Below are positions 37,501 through 50,892 of a DNA stretch of 64,000 bases, in pieces. Position numbers and translations under genes: made by a program. The notes under the pieces were generated by a model. The model saw nothing but the letters and a program-made list of their open reading frames with translations. It was not told where the DNA came from and did not search any database. The first letter of the stretch is position 1. The number at the start of each line of letters is the position of its first letter. This stretch comes from Azolla caroliniana. Lineage: Eukaryota > Plantae > Polypodiophyta. The DNA lies in NCBI GenBank assembly GCA_043228905.1, contig JBHGNT010000017.1, positions 12,772,001 through 12,836,000 of the forward strand, read 5' to 3'.

Positions 37501-38151
37501 GAGAATTTTTACTCGAGTTTGAGGACATTTTGAGTAAGGGGCCTAAGATCACGAGAGTTCAAAATAGGCTCAAGTTTAGTTTTATAATAAGCACCATGTC
37601 CAAAAGCATTTTTTCTAAAATACAAAATTTTTAACAAAAACATTAAAAAAATAAATAAAAACAAAACTATATAAGGGAAAGTCATCTTCTCATTGTCATT
37701 ATCGCGTTCAAGCAACAAAAGAGCACAGAGCAACCAAGATTTCTAGTTTTTGCCTCCCCAGTCAATTCAACACCAACGTCAGCAACTTGAACAAGGGAAA
37801 GAAGATTGCCATGTATGTTATCCGAACTATATTTTTAGATTCTCCAAAGATTCCTTTGTGTGTTTGTTAATTTCTACGTCCAGAATTTGAAGCTTTCAAT
37901 CGAGTTCTCATAATTTTAATGAGAACTCGATGTAGTGCATCGAGTTCTCGTTGAAAGGTGGGACTTTCATGATCAAAATACTAGAATTGGTCACTTTCTT
38001 GCTATTTTTTGACATTTTTCTCAATGTTTTTTATGTAACATTACAACCCTAAATGGGTGATTTTTGCCTACTTTTGCAAAACTTTACCTTAGTTTTCAAG
38101 TTTATGTTGTGGATTTTTAAGATTCTCGATATATTATTGTGTTATTACCTG
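34520..38151 (-). mobile_element. Decayed DNA transposon, Sola-like DDD transposase
   Basis: IIDGMDQ, LYVQLDNT/RENKN and FLLVGH.H.HID.MFS motifs at about 34797-37200; short inverted termini CAGGTAATA (34520) and TATTACCTG (38151); no TSD seen. Confidence 0.6.
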
Positions 38152-38167
38152 TTGTTTTCAGTGAATC

Positions 38168-39600
38168 ATGACAGAAGGTCCCATCCTTCAAATTGAAGAT
38201 TCCCTCCCCAACAAAGAAAACTTCGACACCATGCCCAAGCCTGACTCACGGAAAACATTTATTGAGTTGGGAGGGGATGGGAGTTCGCACACTTTAGGTG
38301 AAAAGAGTAGTGGGGAGCCTTGCCTAAAGAGCTACCCTCATGTCGAGTGGACATTAATCTATACCCACGACAAAGGAGATTTGCTCCTTATTTTTACGAA
38401 ATCTGAAGGTGAGGGCAAGTTGCAGGTGGGGAAGACTTTCACCTATGGCCATGTAAAGAACATAGTGTCATGATATGGCAAGACTCGAACCCATGACCTT
38501 ATGCTACATGGGTCGAGCTCTTACCATTAGACTATGAATTGTAATTTGTAGGATATTATTTTCATTTATGCTTTATCATAGAAAATTGATGTATATTCCA
38601 GATCTCTCTGGAACATTCTAGAAGCTTCAGGATTATTCCTAAAACCACTATAAAAGGAGGCACAAGGCATTGTTTTGAACCAAATTGGTTCAACACCAGT
38701 CTTAAGCCTCTTAGCCGATTTGTACTTATCTTTCATATAATATAAGAGTTGTTGTCATCATCCTATCTCTCTCTCTCCTCTTCTCACTTCCTCTCTCTCG
38801 GGAATCTTACGCAGTCCCGTCCTCTTAGTACTAATAGTACTGCTCTTCTTAGTACTAATTCCATCTCTGCTTTAGTACTATTCCTGACACATAGAATACG
38901 AAGACAACGACTCATCGAACCTCTTGTTCGATGTTGATAGATCAAGTGGGGATGCATAAAGTCAGGATAGATGAACAAAATTTCGTAACTGACTCGTGCC
39001 ACCCGAAAGCTTTGAAAACAAATGGTCAAGCAAAAAATAATTTGATTGTTACTTTGTGCCCTTATATTAAGGGGGAGCTGATGGTATCGCAAGCAACCGC
39101 ACCACCAAATTCTGCCAATAAATCAAAACCGGAACATAAGAAGTATAAGAAAAGGCAGCAACATGAGGAGGACGAGTCTGAGGTACTTGAGGTCATGGAA
39201 GATGAGGAAGATACCGAGCTCGAAGGTATTCCTCCATGGGGCCACATTGCATCGGGAATACTCACCTCAGAGCAGAATCAGATTAGAGAAAACATTGTAA
39301 AGATGAAGCTTGTTCGTAAAAGACAACTATTTCACTTGCTGATGTCCTCTATTCAGAGGCCACCCATTGATCCTGAAATAGGAAGACGAGCTCTAGAAAT
39401 AAGAGAGCCACATTCAATGCATGTGCAAAACTAAAAAAGCAAAATGAAGATAAATCCACATGCCACTGTAGTGCCATTCTTAGTAATGGTAGACCTTGAT
39501 CAATGCCCAACTGTTGCTGACTTTAAGTACAGTTCGGTTGATGACTACACATACTACGTGATTGGAGGATCCCACTCTACTGAACCTTAACGTCAACTTG
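38168..39600 (+). pseudogene. Unassigned decayed ORF split by the solo LTR, probably TE-derived
   Basis: ORFs 38168-38473 and 38931-39434 flank the CATAG TSD; no motif recognised. Confidence 0.3.
38466..38889 (+). mobile_element. Solo LTR, chromovirus family B
   Basis: Reverse-complement homologue of 11923-12366; TGTCATGA...CCTGACA; TSD CATAG. Confidence 0.95.
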
Positions 39601-39887
39601 TGAAGGAATATCCTCTTACCCCATTCTTCAAATATCCACACTGATTCCAGAGACCTTGGGAGTTCGGCCGCCGTGGCGACGTAAGACCAAGGAGATGGTA
39701 GGTGGCGGCGAGGGGACGAAGGCAGTGGAGATCAACGTGGAACGAGAATCGGGACAACGCGAAGGCCGAAGGAGGCCAAGCAGGCCATCACGGGTGCTCC
39801 TCGGACAGAGGACACCGCGTATCCGAAGGAACGAGAAGCGTGCATGCGGTTGACGGAAGGGCCAACGGGGAAGCACGCACACTACGG

Positions 39888-40968
39888 GGTCGCAGCGAAT
39901 GACCTATCGACGGGTCGAACAAGCCTACGGGGAGGCAAATGCAAAGAAGGAACCGGAGCCGACGGTTCGGACTGGCGAGGCCAACACGGCAGCTGAAATG
40001 CGAATTACGGAAGACCGGTTCCTCACCAGCCGGAATCTCTCACCCTTCTCCGAACTTGGCATGTACCGGTGGACGTGTGGTTTGGTGGGGGTGGATGTCG
40101 TGAAGATTTCCAGCTACGATGTGAAACCGGGATGGAATGGGCAAGTCGGCGGTGTGCAACATGTCCACATTTACAATGTAAAATGGTGTATATAATAAAG
40201 AGGGGAAATTTATCCCACATTGTAAGGTCCTTCCCTCCTTGGGCTATAAAAGGAAGGGAGGGGTCACTTGTGAAGGGGTTGCCCATTTTGAGTTAGGAGG
40301 GTATACTGTTAGATTTAGGGTTTGGTAGTTCTTGATCTTCATCTTTCTCTTACTCCCTTAGGGTTTGTACTTTGGTCTTTCCACTCTATTTCGTTTAGGG
40401 TTTCATCTTGACAGCTTCTTCTTCTTCTTACATTCTTGTTTTCGATTAGGGTTCTTCGACTTCTTCTTCTCCTTCGTGTCGATTTAGGTTTGAGTCTGGT
40501 GGAGAGCTTGTATGTTCTGTGGGTGTGTGATTCTACTCAGTCTCCTGTGCAAGACCCCGCTCGGCGCGCCAATCCCGAGAGCTCCCTGATCGGCGACTTG
40601 GCGGCAGACTGCTATTGTGACATAACCTACCTCAGTCCGGCTCGAAGCAGTAGTTGTATCTTGCTCTTGTAATTATATATATAAAAGGTTGTGCATATTT
40701 GTGTCTCTGATGGGGTCGGGTGTGTTTCTTTCCCTTTGTTTCCTGTACATAAGAGGCGTGTGTTGAGTCGGTGTTGCGCACGTGGTTTCTCTCTCTCCCT
40801 CTCTCGTGTTCGGTAGCCGCCGGTACGCGTCCAGAATTGCTCTAGTTTGCGCCACAACCAATGCAGCCGGGACTGGAGAGAAGTTGGCTTCTTGACACCC
40901 ATCTCTTCCTCATCCGAGACCCCCGTGGTCCCACCCCTTTCGACACACACTCGTGGAAGACTGCGACA
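39888..40968 (+). mobile_element. Probable long LTR of an unidentified element
   Basis: Imperfect inverted ends GGTCGCAG...CTGCGACA, CTATAAAAGG TATA near 40244, pyrimidine-rich leader, abrupt junction with copia coding sequence. Confidence 0.4.
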
Positions 40969-42392
40969 GTGGTACATAAGCGGCACTAAGGACCAAGGGC
41001 TACTATTTCGGTCCGGTACAGCCCCGCAGTTGGTCGTCTACACCGATGCCGATTGGGCCGGCAATGTCGTCGATCGCCGATCCACGTCTGGTTTCACATT
41101 CTCTCTTGGGAGTGCCGCGATCGCGTGGAGTAGCAAGAAGCAACCAACAGTTGTGTTGTCGAGCACCGAAGCCGAGTATAGAGGAGCGGTTGTCGCGACA
41201 TGCGAAGCCATATGGTTGAAGCGGCTACTTAAGGATCTGCAGTTGGAGGTATCCAATCCAACGACAATCTACTGTGACAACCTCAACAGCATCTAGCTAG
41301 CACAGAACCCCGTCTTCCAGGCCGGGACTAAGCACATTGAGGTGCACTACCATTTTTTCTACGAGTGTGTCCTCTCCGGTGAAGTCGAACTTCAATATGT
41401 TCCGACGGATCGGCAGACCGCCGACGTCTTCGCCAAGCCTCTTGGACTCGACAAGTTGCAGCAATTCTCGGGTGCGCTTGGGTTGCGTCACCTCGACATG
41501 CCAAACTTGAGGGGGAGAGACGTCCCGAATGACCACGGAAAGAGGACAGAAGTTCTGGAAGACTGCGACGCCGAGTCGGATGACAAATTCAATTTCGGAT
41601 CGGTTGAAGAAGCCGAGAGCGGATCCGCAGAAGATTCCGAAAGCGGACATACCAAGCGTAGGGGAGACGAAGCCATCAAGGGCGAGAAGACCGAAGACGA
41701 GTTGGAGACAGCCAACTTGGACGAGAGCGAAAACCGACTAGAGGAAACCGAGTCGGTTCAGATGTTTGATTCAGATACACTAAATCAACCAAGGGCCAAG
41801 CGAAAAAGAAAGCAGTAGAAGAGGCGCCAACACCGCAACAGCAAGGAAGCTGAGAAGGGCCGTGTGAGCAGGCAAGCCGACCAGAAGAGTCGAGGCGCGT
41901 GGAATCGAATAGGTCGAGGAGCGCGAGCAAGGCGTGAAGCCAGAAGGAACCAAAGCGTAGATCCGGAAGAGAGGATGGAACCTCAAGTTGAGCTTGAGGG
42001 GGAGTGTTGAGATACAAGTTCAACATTGGCCGGATTGGCTATGCAAGCCGAGAACCGGATCGGTTGGGATCAATTAGTTAAGCCGTAGCGGTGTGTAAAC
42101 CGCGAGGCCGTTGGAAAGATATTCCGCGTAGGAATATATTTTGGGAGTTAGTGTAGAGCTCATTTATGAACATTAAAGTACGTGTCAGTACTTCTGTCAG
42201 TTCGTATGGACTTGTATAAAAGTGCTCATTGAGCACATCCTATGTACAAATTGAGTATTATTTTGAATTGAATTTATGTGTCTTCTCTCTCACTTTCTGT
42301 CTCTCCCGCGTACTGTGTATGTTCAAGCTCTCCATTAAACCTGCGTTTTTGTGTTCGGTTTTCTATTGCTTCCGCACACTATTCTTTTTACA
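40969..42392 (+). mobile_element. Copia RNase H, PPT and 3' LTR (42005-42392)
   Basis: YTDADWAG..DRRSTSG and LSSTEAEY motifs; PPT TTGAGGGGGAG; TGTTGA...TTTACA. Confidence 0.9.
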
Positions 42393-43248
42393 AATAGCAT
42401 TCACACTAGCTCATGGACATACCATGCTAGTTTTGTAAATAGTAGAAAGGGCCCTTGCCCTAATTTAGTTGGTATTTAAACCAACCCTTTGTAACTTTGT
42501 TATTGTTGGATGTAATAATAGTTATCTCTATCTTAAGCTCTCTCTCACTCTCTCTCTATTTTGCCTTACGTGCACACAGTCCTTCCGCTGCATCTCAGCC
42601 ACTCTTGCTCCTCTTTACAATATCAAAGGCTTCAACATTTATGTCTTTTGATTAACATCCCAAGTCTTATTAGAAATGTGTTCTTTATGTGGATCATGTA
42701 TGATGAGTGGGTCTTGTCATAAACATTGAAAGAATATGTATGTGCCTTAGTTTATTGGTAGTAAAATGTGTGTGTGTGTGTGTGTGTGTGCGTGTGTGTG
42801 TGCATTAGCGCACACCTATACGTGATATCATATTGTATGCTTTGGCAACCATTGTGTTATGGCCATGTTAGTATTGACAATGAATCTCTATTACACATCA
42901 TCTTCATTTGTAGGAGAATCGGTCTCGTAACAAATGGTTGTCAATCTGTGTATGTGGCTAAATGATTGATCCATTTTGGGATAACTCAATAAATTAACAA
43001 TCAGCACCTTATTTACAATGCTTGAAATAGTACCATGTTGTTGGCATTCAAATGTGGTTGAGGGTGCAATTCGGTTCGCACTAATTTTTTTTGTTTAGAG
43101 CTAGCTCTTTAACAAGTATTGTTTCGACAAGTAAGCGGATGGAAGGTTTTAAATGCATGTTTGTTAGTCATGTGAAATGGTATATGATGGAAGGATATGT
43201 TTCTTTTGTTCAAGTTCATGAATAGTTGTATCGACACGATTTATTGTT

Positions 43249-44145
43249 TGTTGAGCAAACAAGCTTAACTAGATCCGGATCGGCTGAATAAGCCAGAGTT
43301 GGATCGGTGTCCGGATCGAGGAGGCGGATCAGTATCTGGAAATCGGGGAACCAGATCATACTCCAGAATAGTGTAAACCGGTAGGTCGTTAGAGGCGTAT
43401 GGTCTGAGCCTAGTGAGTAGGCATATTTCTTGGAGTTAGTGTAGAGACTCATTTATGAGCATCCAAGTACTTATGGTTTTGGTGTCAGTCCGTGTAAGGA
43501 CTTGTAAAATGTGCTCTCTGAGCACATTATATATATAGAGTATTATTTTGAAATCAAGTTTTGGTTTTGCCATATCTCTCTCTCTCGTGTATGTGGATTA
43601 AGGTTTCCATTAAACCTTCATCTCTGCTTTCTATTGTTCTTTTGTTAACCGACTGAGCCGGTATGTCTACACTTCTGCACGCCATCATTTTCATGGTATC
43701 AGAGCGCGAGGGCTAGAAATCCTTTGTTGCAGATGAAAACCTAATTTTCGGTAAAAGAAACAGACGAGAAGGAGAGAATGGCTAGCTCACTCCTGACAGA
43801 GAAGCTCGACAGATTCAACTACGCATCTTGGTCGTAGAAGATGCACCATTACCTGCTTGGGCATGGCAACTGGAGTTATGTCAACGGAGTGAATGATACA
43901 ACACCCAATGTGCCACACAAGGACTTTTCGGCTTGGGAACAAGTGGCAAGCAGGGTAGGGTACTGCTTCGCATCCAATGTTAGTGATCAGCTGCTCAGCC
44001 ATATCTGAGACGCCAAGATGCCAAAGGAAGCTTGGGGAAACCTGAAGAAGGTCTTCGGCGCAAGTACCACAGCCCGGAAGCTGCAATTCCGACAAAAGTT
44101 CAGCAATGTCCGATAGAGTGCACATTGTTACCGTGGCCGACTACA
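43249..44145 (+). mobile_element. Copia 5' LTR (43249-43693), iMet PBS (43694-43705) and truncated gag
   Basis: TGTTGA...TTCA followed by a perfect TGGTATCAGAGC; gag begins MASSLLTEKLDRFNYASW at 43778. Confidence 0.9.
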
Positions 44146-44435
44146 TGGTATCGTGAAGATTTTCGGCAACAGTGTGTAAATTGCGTGGAAAGGAGAAAAT
44201 CGAGAAGATGCAATGTGCACACGTATGAAAGGGGTGATGGTTACACTCATATTTTAGCACATTAACGTGCTCGTGAGATGTGCGTTTGGGTGCTCATTAC
44301 ACAAAACATTAAAAAAAGCCTAGGGCCTAGTGGCATACAAAGAGGTGCAAGTAGGGTTTTGAACCTTACACCCCCAAGATAAAAGACAAATGACATACCA
44401 TTAAGCTAAGTTATTTCTTTAAAGTTTATTTTCAT

Positions 44436-44549
44436 ATGTAAATTCTCATACATGAGCGCTTGGATAAGTGACATGGTCATCATGCATCACATGTAAATTC
44501 TCATACATGAGCGCTTGGATGAATGACATGGTCATCATGCATCACATGT
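44436..44549 (+). repeat. 55-bp tandem duplication
   Basis: ATGTAAATTCTCATACATGAGCGCTTGGAT...CATGCATCAC present twice. Confidence 0.9.
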
Positions 44550-44954
44550 GATGCATGAACGCCAAATGGCAAACAAGCATTGCATTCATTGTATGTGTGT
44601 CTTGTACCCTTACATGCATCATATGCATGGGGCATCTATAAAAGAAAGGAAGAAAAAGAAAGAAGGGAATCAAGTTAATAATAATAACCTAGTTATCTTA
44701 TTGGTGGCATGTTTTGTTTCTCAACATTGAAAGTCACAGGTTCAAACCTGGAATTGGTGTTTTCGTCTCTCTCTCTCTTCAATGTATTAGTGATATGGAC
44801 GGGAAAGGAAGCACATGTATGGATTAGCGATATGTTTAATCATTCATTGCAACATCGTATGTCGTACGATTGGACTACAAATTGGAACAAACCTTTACAA
44901 AAAGGTGTAGATGTAAATAATGCAAACAACTATTGAACCGGTTTACATAAAGGT

Positions 44955-45280
44955 GTAGATTTTCTCAAAAGCACTATTGTGATGATAATGTCATGATATG
45001 GCAAGATTTGAACTTATGACCTTATGTTATATGGGTCGAGCTCTAGACCATTACACTAACTATTATAATGTGTAGGATATTATTTTCATTTAAGTTTTAC
45101 TATAGAAAATTAATGTATATTCTAGATTTCTCTAGAACATTCTAGAAGCTTCAAGACTACTCCTAAGGGCACTATAAAAGGAGGCACAAGGCATTATTTC
45201 AAACCAAATTGGTTCAACGCCAGTCTTAAGCCTCATAGCTATTTTGTACTTACTCTTCATATAATATATCATTTTTTATC

Positions 45281-45318
<38 letters not shown>

Positions 45319-48300
45319 TTCCTCTCTTTCTCTCTTGAGAGTCTTACGCAGTCTCATCCTCTTAGTACTAATAGCACTTCCCTTCTCCAGTACTAATTCT
45401 CTCTCTGTTTTAGTACTATTCTTGACAGTTTGAACCCATTTGTTCCTCTAATCTTCTTTTCGGTTTCCCCCATCCTCTTACCCCTTTTTTTCCAATACTA
45501 TGGCTACTATTAGCGCCCAAGAATATCAATCCGTTTTTTCCGAGCTATAGTGTCTAAAAGAAAAATTCGTTCCATTGGAACAAGAAAACCAACGATTGTT
45601 AGGGGATCTTCAACAAATCACTCTAGAAAAACAGCAAACATCGCAACAACATGGGGAGTTAGCGTTACGTGTACAACAACTCGAAGCAACCATCGTAGCG
45701 TTGCAACAACAAGGATCAAGTCCCCAAGGATTTCATAAAGAGCCCAAGATTGGACTTCTTGTGAAATTCGATTGAACACGATCGCAATTCAAGGGGTTCC
45801 TTAATCAAGTACGCTTAGTCATTCAAATGCATCCTTCCCGATACCCCACTGATGCATCCCGAGTAGGCCTAATAGGCATGTTACTTAGCGGCTCAGCCTT
45901 GGCATGGTTCGCTCCGCTTCTAGAAAAACAATCACCCTTGCTTAATAACTTTGAAGACTTTATTAGTGAGTTTAAAGCCTGCTTTGGAGATACTGACAGC
46001 ATCAGGACGGAGATCAACAAAATCCGACGATTGCGTCAAGGTGATCCTCTAGACTCTGCCTACGTGGCGTATTTCCGTCTACTCGCCTCAGATATCCCTT
46101 GGGATGATCAGGCATTAATGGACCAGTTTCGCTACGGCCTACAAAATGATGTCAAAGATTTACTTTTAACCTTCCCCGAAGAACCAAAGTCTCTTACAGA
46201 GGCAATCCGATGTGACAACCGCCTTTTCGAACGACGTTCGGAACATCAATTACAAATACCATGCCCTAGGCCGGAACCCACATACGCCTCAGTCGCAGCT
46301 AAACCATTTGCACAAGATGTATCTCAAGCAAATACTCCGACACCAATGGAGATTGACACCATGCGTCGACATGGCCCGTTATCAGAAGAAGAAAAGCAAC
46401 GACAACGTGCAAATCGATTATGTCTTTATTGCGGTGGGCCAGGGCATATCACAAGCAACTGTCCCCATAGGCCAAGAAGACAGGTAAATCAAATTGTAGC
46501 CTGTACTAAACCCGAGTCAATTCCCTTAGGAGTGTTTCATAGTATTAATAGTACTGATATCCCAGGAATCTCAAAGAAATTTGAAATCCTTAGGCAATTA
46601 GAAGAAGAGTCAAACGACTGAGTCTAGCCAAAATAGGAACCATTTGGTTGCATGACCCTAGATCTGTGCAACCCATTAGTGGTTCCATTCCCTCTAAGAA
46701 AGTTAGCAATGTGTTCTTAGCCCAAGTCATGGTTAGTACTAGAAGTACCCTTCCAATACACATCTTAGCACTTTTAGATTCCGGAGCCAATTCCTGTTTC
46801 GTGGATCGAAATTTTGCCCAAGCTTCTCAGATATCCTTAAGAAAACTTCCTTGACCCGCATCTATAGTAGTCATTGATGGTCATCCCATTGCTTTCGGGA
46901 ATATTATAGAATAGTCAGAACCCATTCAAGTTGTCCTAGGTAGTTTTGTGTGTGTGGTATCATATAATATATTTAGTAGTACAGAGCATCCCATTGTCCT
47001 GGGATTACCTTGGTTTGAATTACATAATCCAGACATAGATTGGAGAACAAGAGAAGTCTGGTATCGACAACCCCGAGAATCTACTCATCGAGTTTCGACC
47101 ATTTCACTACATCAATTACGCGAAGAAGGACGCAAGGAGGCAATGTTTCTATTTGCAATATTAGTACATCCTTTCAGCAATACTAAGAAGGAATCCTTAG
47201 TTCAACTTCCGGCGAAATATCATCCTTATGTCGAAGACCTCTTGGATATCTGTTTGATCATCTATCTGGATGATCTATTGATTTATTCGAAGACCCAGGA
47301 AGACCATGATTCTCATGTACTATTAGTACTAAAACGACACCGAGAGAATGGTCTTTATGCCAAACTGGAAAAATGTAGCTTTGATTGCAAGCAAGTGGAA
47401 TTTCTAGGCTACGTCATCTCCTCAAAGAGCATCTCCATGGATCCAACTAAAGTCAAAACTGTGCTAGAGTGGCAAACTCCACGTTCGTTACGAGATGTAC
47501 AATGTTTCCTAGGCTTTGCTAACTTCTACCGCAAGTTTATACAAGATTACTCGAAGATTACTTTGCCTCTCACCCGGCTTACCAAGAAGGGACAAACATT
47601 TCTTTGGTCCAATGAAGCAGACATGGCTTTTATGCATCTTAAGAAAGCCTTTACATCAGCTCCTATTCTAGCTCATGTGGATACAAACAAACCATTCATC
47701 ATGGAGGCCGACGCATCGGATTTCACCCTCGGTAGCATCCTTTCCATTTGCGCAAATTTGATGCTGCGGAAATCAACTACGAGATACATGACAAGGAGTT
47801 ATTAGCCATCGTGGATTCATTTGTGCAATGACGGCACTTCTTAGAGAGCTCTCCACATCAGTTCATCATCTTTAGTGATCATAAAAATCTTGCTTATTTC
47901 CAGAACGCTCGTGTACTAAATTGACGGCAAGCTCGATGGGCCCAATTCCTCACGCGTTTTGACTTCAAAATCACATATCAACTGGGGAAGCACCAAGGAA
48001 AAGCAGATGCACTATTGCGACGTTCATATGTTGCACCTCGTCCTGGTGATCCAGCATTTGATAATCCTAAGCAGGTAATCTTGGGACCAACACGTTTGCA
48101 CACAACACGGATTTTTCACACTCCACTAGATTCCTGGATTATCGATGCCATACGTGCCAACTTGAAGAGGGACAGTTTTGCTCAAGCCATTCTAGCGCAA
48201 ATTGATACCTCTCGGGCATCTTGTTCCCAGTCTCAACAACCAAGTATGGACTACCGACAATTTGAATATCATGATGGTTTATTATTCTTTAAAAGCTCGT

Positions 48301-49332
48301 ATATGTTCCCGATTGCTCCTGTCGCCTTCAAATCGTCCAAAATTGTCACGACGCCCATACATCGGGACATTTCGGTAGTATTAAGATGTTGGATCTAGTT
48401 CAACAATCATTTTGGAATCCTTACCAATTCCAAGTAAGTCGTGGCAGTCCATTTGTCTTGATTTTATCACAGATCTTCTAGTCTCAAAGGGTTTCAATGC
48501 TATCTTAATCGTCGTCGATTGATATACTAAGATGGCACATTTTGTGCCTTGTACTAAGGCCATCACAAGTGAAGAAACCATTGCCCTTGTCATGCGTGAG
48601 GTATTTCGGCATCATGGCCTCCCAGATAGTATCATCAGTGACCGAGGACCTCAATTTGTCTCCAAATTTTGGTAGCATCTCTTTAAGATGCTCAAGATCT
48701 CTTGCAACCTCTCCTCTGGCTACCATCCCCAGACTGATGGCCAAGTGGAACAAACAAATCAAACGCTGGAGCAATACCTCCGGTGTTTTCTGAGTTACCA
48801 ACTGGACGATTGGGCTGATATTCTCCACTTTGTGGAGTTTGCTTATAATAACTCTATTCACTCCTCGACTCAGGTCTCCCCATTTTACGCTTATACTAGT
48901 TCTCATCCTCACTGGTCTGTGATCGACACCCCGGAGGTACCTACCAATCCTCGTGCCGAGGATCATTTGGAGAGGCTACGCAAGATTCAAACGAATCTAT
49001 CTACTCATCTTCGTCATGGTCAACACACAGAACCCATGACCTTATGTTATATGGGTCAAGCTCTTGACCATTACACTATCTATTGTAATACATAGGATAT
49101 TATTTTTATTTAAGTTTTACTATAGAAAATTAATGTATATTCCATATTTCTCTAGAACATTCTAAAAGCTTCAAGACTACTCCTGAGGGCACTATAAAAG
49201 GAGACACAAGGCATTATTTCAAACCAAATTGGTTCAACGCCAGTCTTAAGCCTCATAGCTATTTTGTACTTACTCTTCATATAATATATCATCTGTTATC
49301 ATCATCTCTCTCTCGTCCTCGCTATCGAGAGA

Positions 49333-49373
<41 letters not shown>

Positions 49374-50892
49374 TTACGCAATCCCGTCCTCTTAGTACTA
49401 ATAGTACTTCCCTTCTCCAATACTAATTCTCTCTCTGTTTTAGTATTATTCCTGACAACTATTGGTGTTAAGCAAGGATGCCCACTCTCACCAACCATAT
49501 TTGGTCTATGCATTGATGAATTGGAAGAAATGGTTACCAAGTTTGCAAAGGAAGAATGTGTTGAAGAAGTTGCCATTGGGAATGTTGTGATTATGCTTTA
49601 TATGATGTAGTGCTTTTTGCAAATACTTTAGGAGATGCACAAAAGCTTATGAAAGCATTGGAAAATTTTGCGTGCATACTAAATTAAGTGACAATAGCTC
49701 TAAAACAAAGATTATGCTTATGAAGAGCCAAAAAAGAGATAAAGCATGCATTATGTACAACAATGAGCCACTTGAATGTGTGGAAAGCTTCAAATATCTT
49801 GGGTTTGAAGTTCATTCAAATCATAGATGGAATGAATGTGTTGCACGCCGCTTAGAGACGGGTAAGCGAGCATACTATGCATTTGAGAACACATGCAATC
49901 TTGGAGTTATTAAGTGTTGGGTCCTCAAGAAATATCTTTTCGGCACTTTGGTGACACCGGTTCTTCTCTATGGAGTGGAAGTATGGGGCGGTAGCATCCC
50001 TAAATCTATGTTGAAAGAGTTTGAAAATGTCCATAAACATTTTCTTACAAAGTTTCTACAAGTTAAGAAACAAACGCCCTACACCCTCCTCCTTGAGACG
50101 GGATCGCTTCCCATTGTGATCATGGCCATGGAAAGGGTTGTTGAATACATGCTTAAGGTTCAAAATGTCCCTCACATCGACTTCCTAGAATTGCATGTGA
50201 AGCAAGCAAAAAGATCCAAAAGAAGCATAAAAGCAAAATTTTGTGTTCCGGTTGGATGCAAGATATAGAAAAATGGTTTGGTAGATGGGATGCGAGACAC
50301 TTGCTTCATGATGCATCATTAGATTCCTCTGTAAATGAGGCATTTTTGCAATGCCTATGTATCATGACATGGGACAAATGTGGAGGTTCACGCTTCACAC
50401 ATTATACTACACATGTTGCACCTAACTACAAAAACATATTCTTTGCTGAACGGGGAAATTGTACACATTGATACATGTTAGAGACCATACCGTTATCTAC
50501 CATTCGAACCATTGCTTCCATGCGACTTAGCTCACATGCATTGCGATGGGAGACAGGGTGTTGGGGCACAAGTGATGAGAGTGGTCGGTTATGCACACTT
50601 TGCCCTAAATAAGTTCGTGAGTCTGAGTATCACACTTTGATACAATGCTCTGCCTTTGATCATATTCAACCATGCTTTCCACATCTCTTCAACCAAGCCC
50701 AATACTTGCATGAATTCCTCTCACAACCACAATGTGCAGTCTCGATTGCAACATTCATTGGTAAAGTTCTTGAACATCGAGAGTCACTACTCACTTACAC
50801 ACGTATCACATGAAATGTAATATTTTTGGTCTCATAGGTCATATTTGACCTCCGAAGAAGATAATATAATCTATTTATCTATCTATCTATCT
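44955..50892 (+). mobile_element. 5'-truncated LINE (RTE/RTEX-like) interrupted by a chromovirus
   Basis: DFLKST|IGVKQGCPLSP reads across the insertion; VESFKYLG, PVLLYGVEVWG, RLSSHAL..E.G...RLCTLC; (CTAT)n tail. Confidence 0.85.
44978..49457 (+). mobile_element. Second family-B chromovirus, internally deleted
   Basis: 5' LTR 44989-45427, PBS GTTTGAACCCATTT, gag/pol remnants, partial 3' LTR about 49030-49457, TSD ACTAT. Confidence 0.92.

Noticed and set aside
36995-37552. 185-aa ORF as a host gene
   Set aside because: It lies inside the Sola-like element, upstream of and collinear with the transposase fragments.
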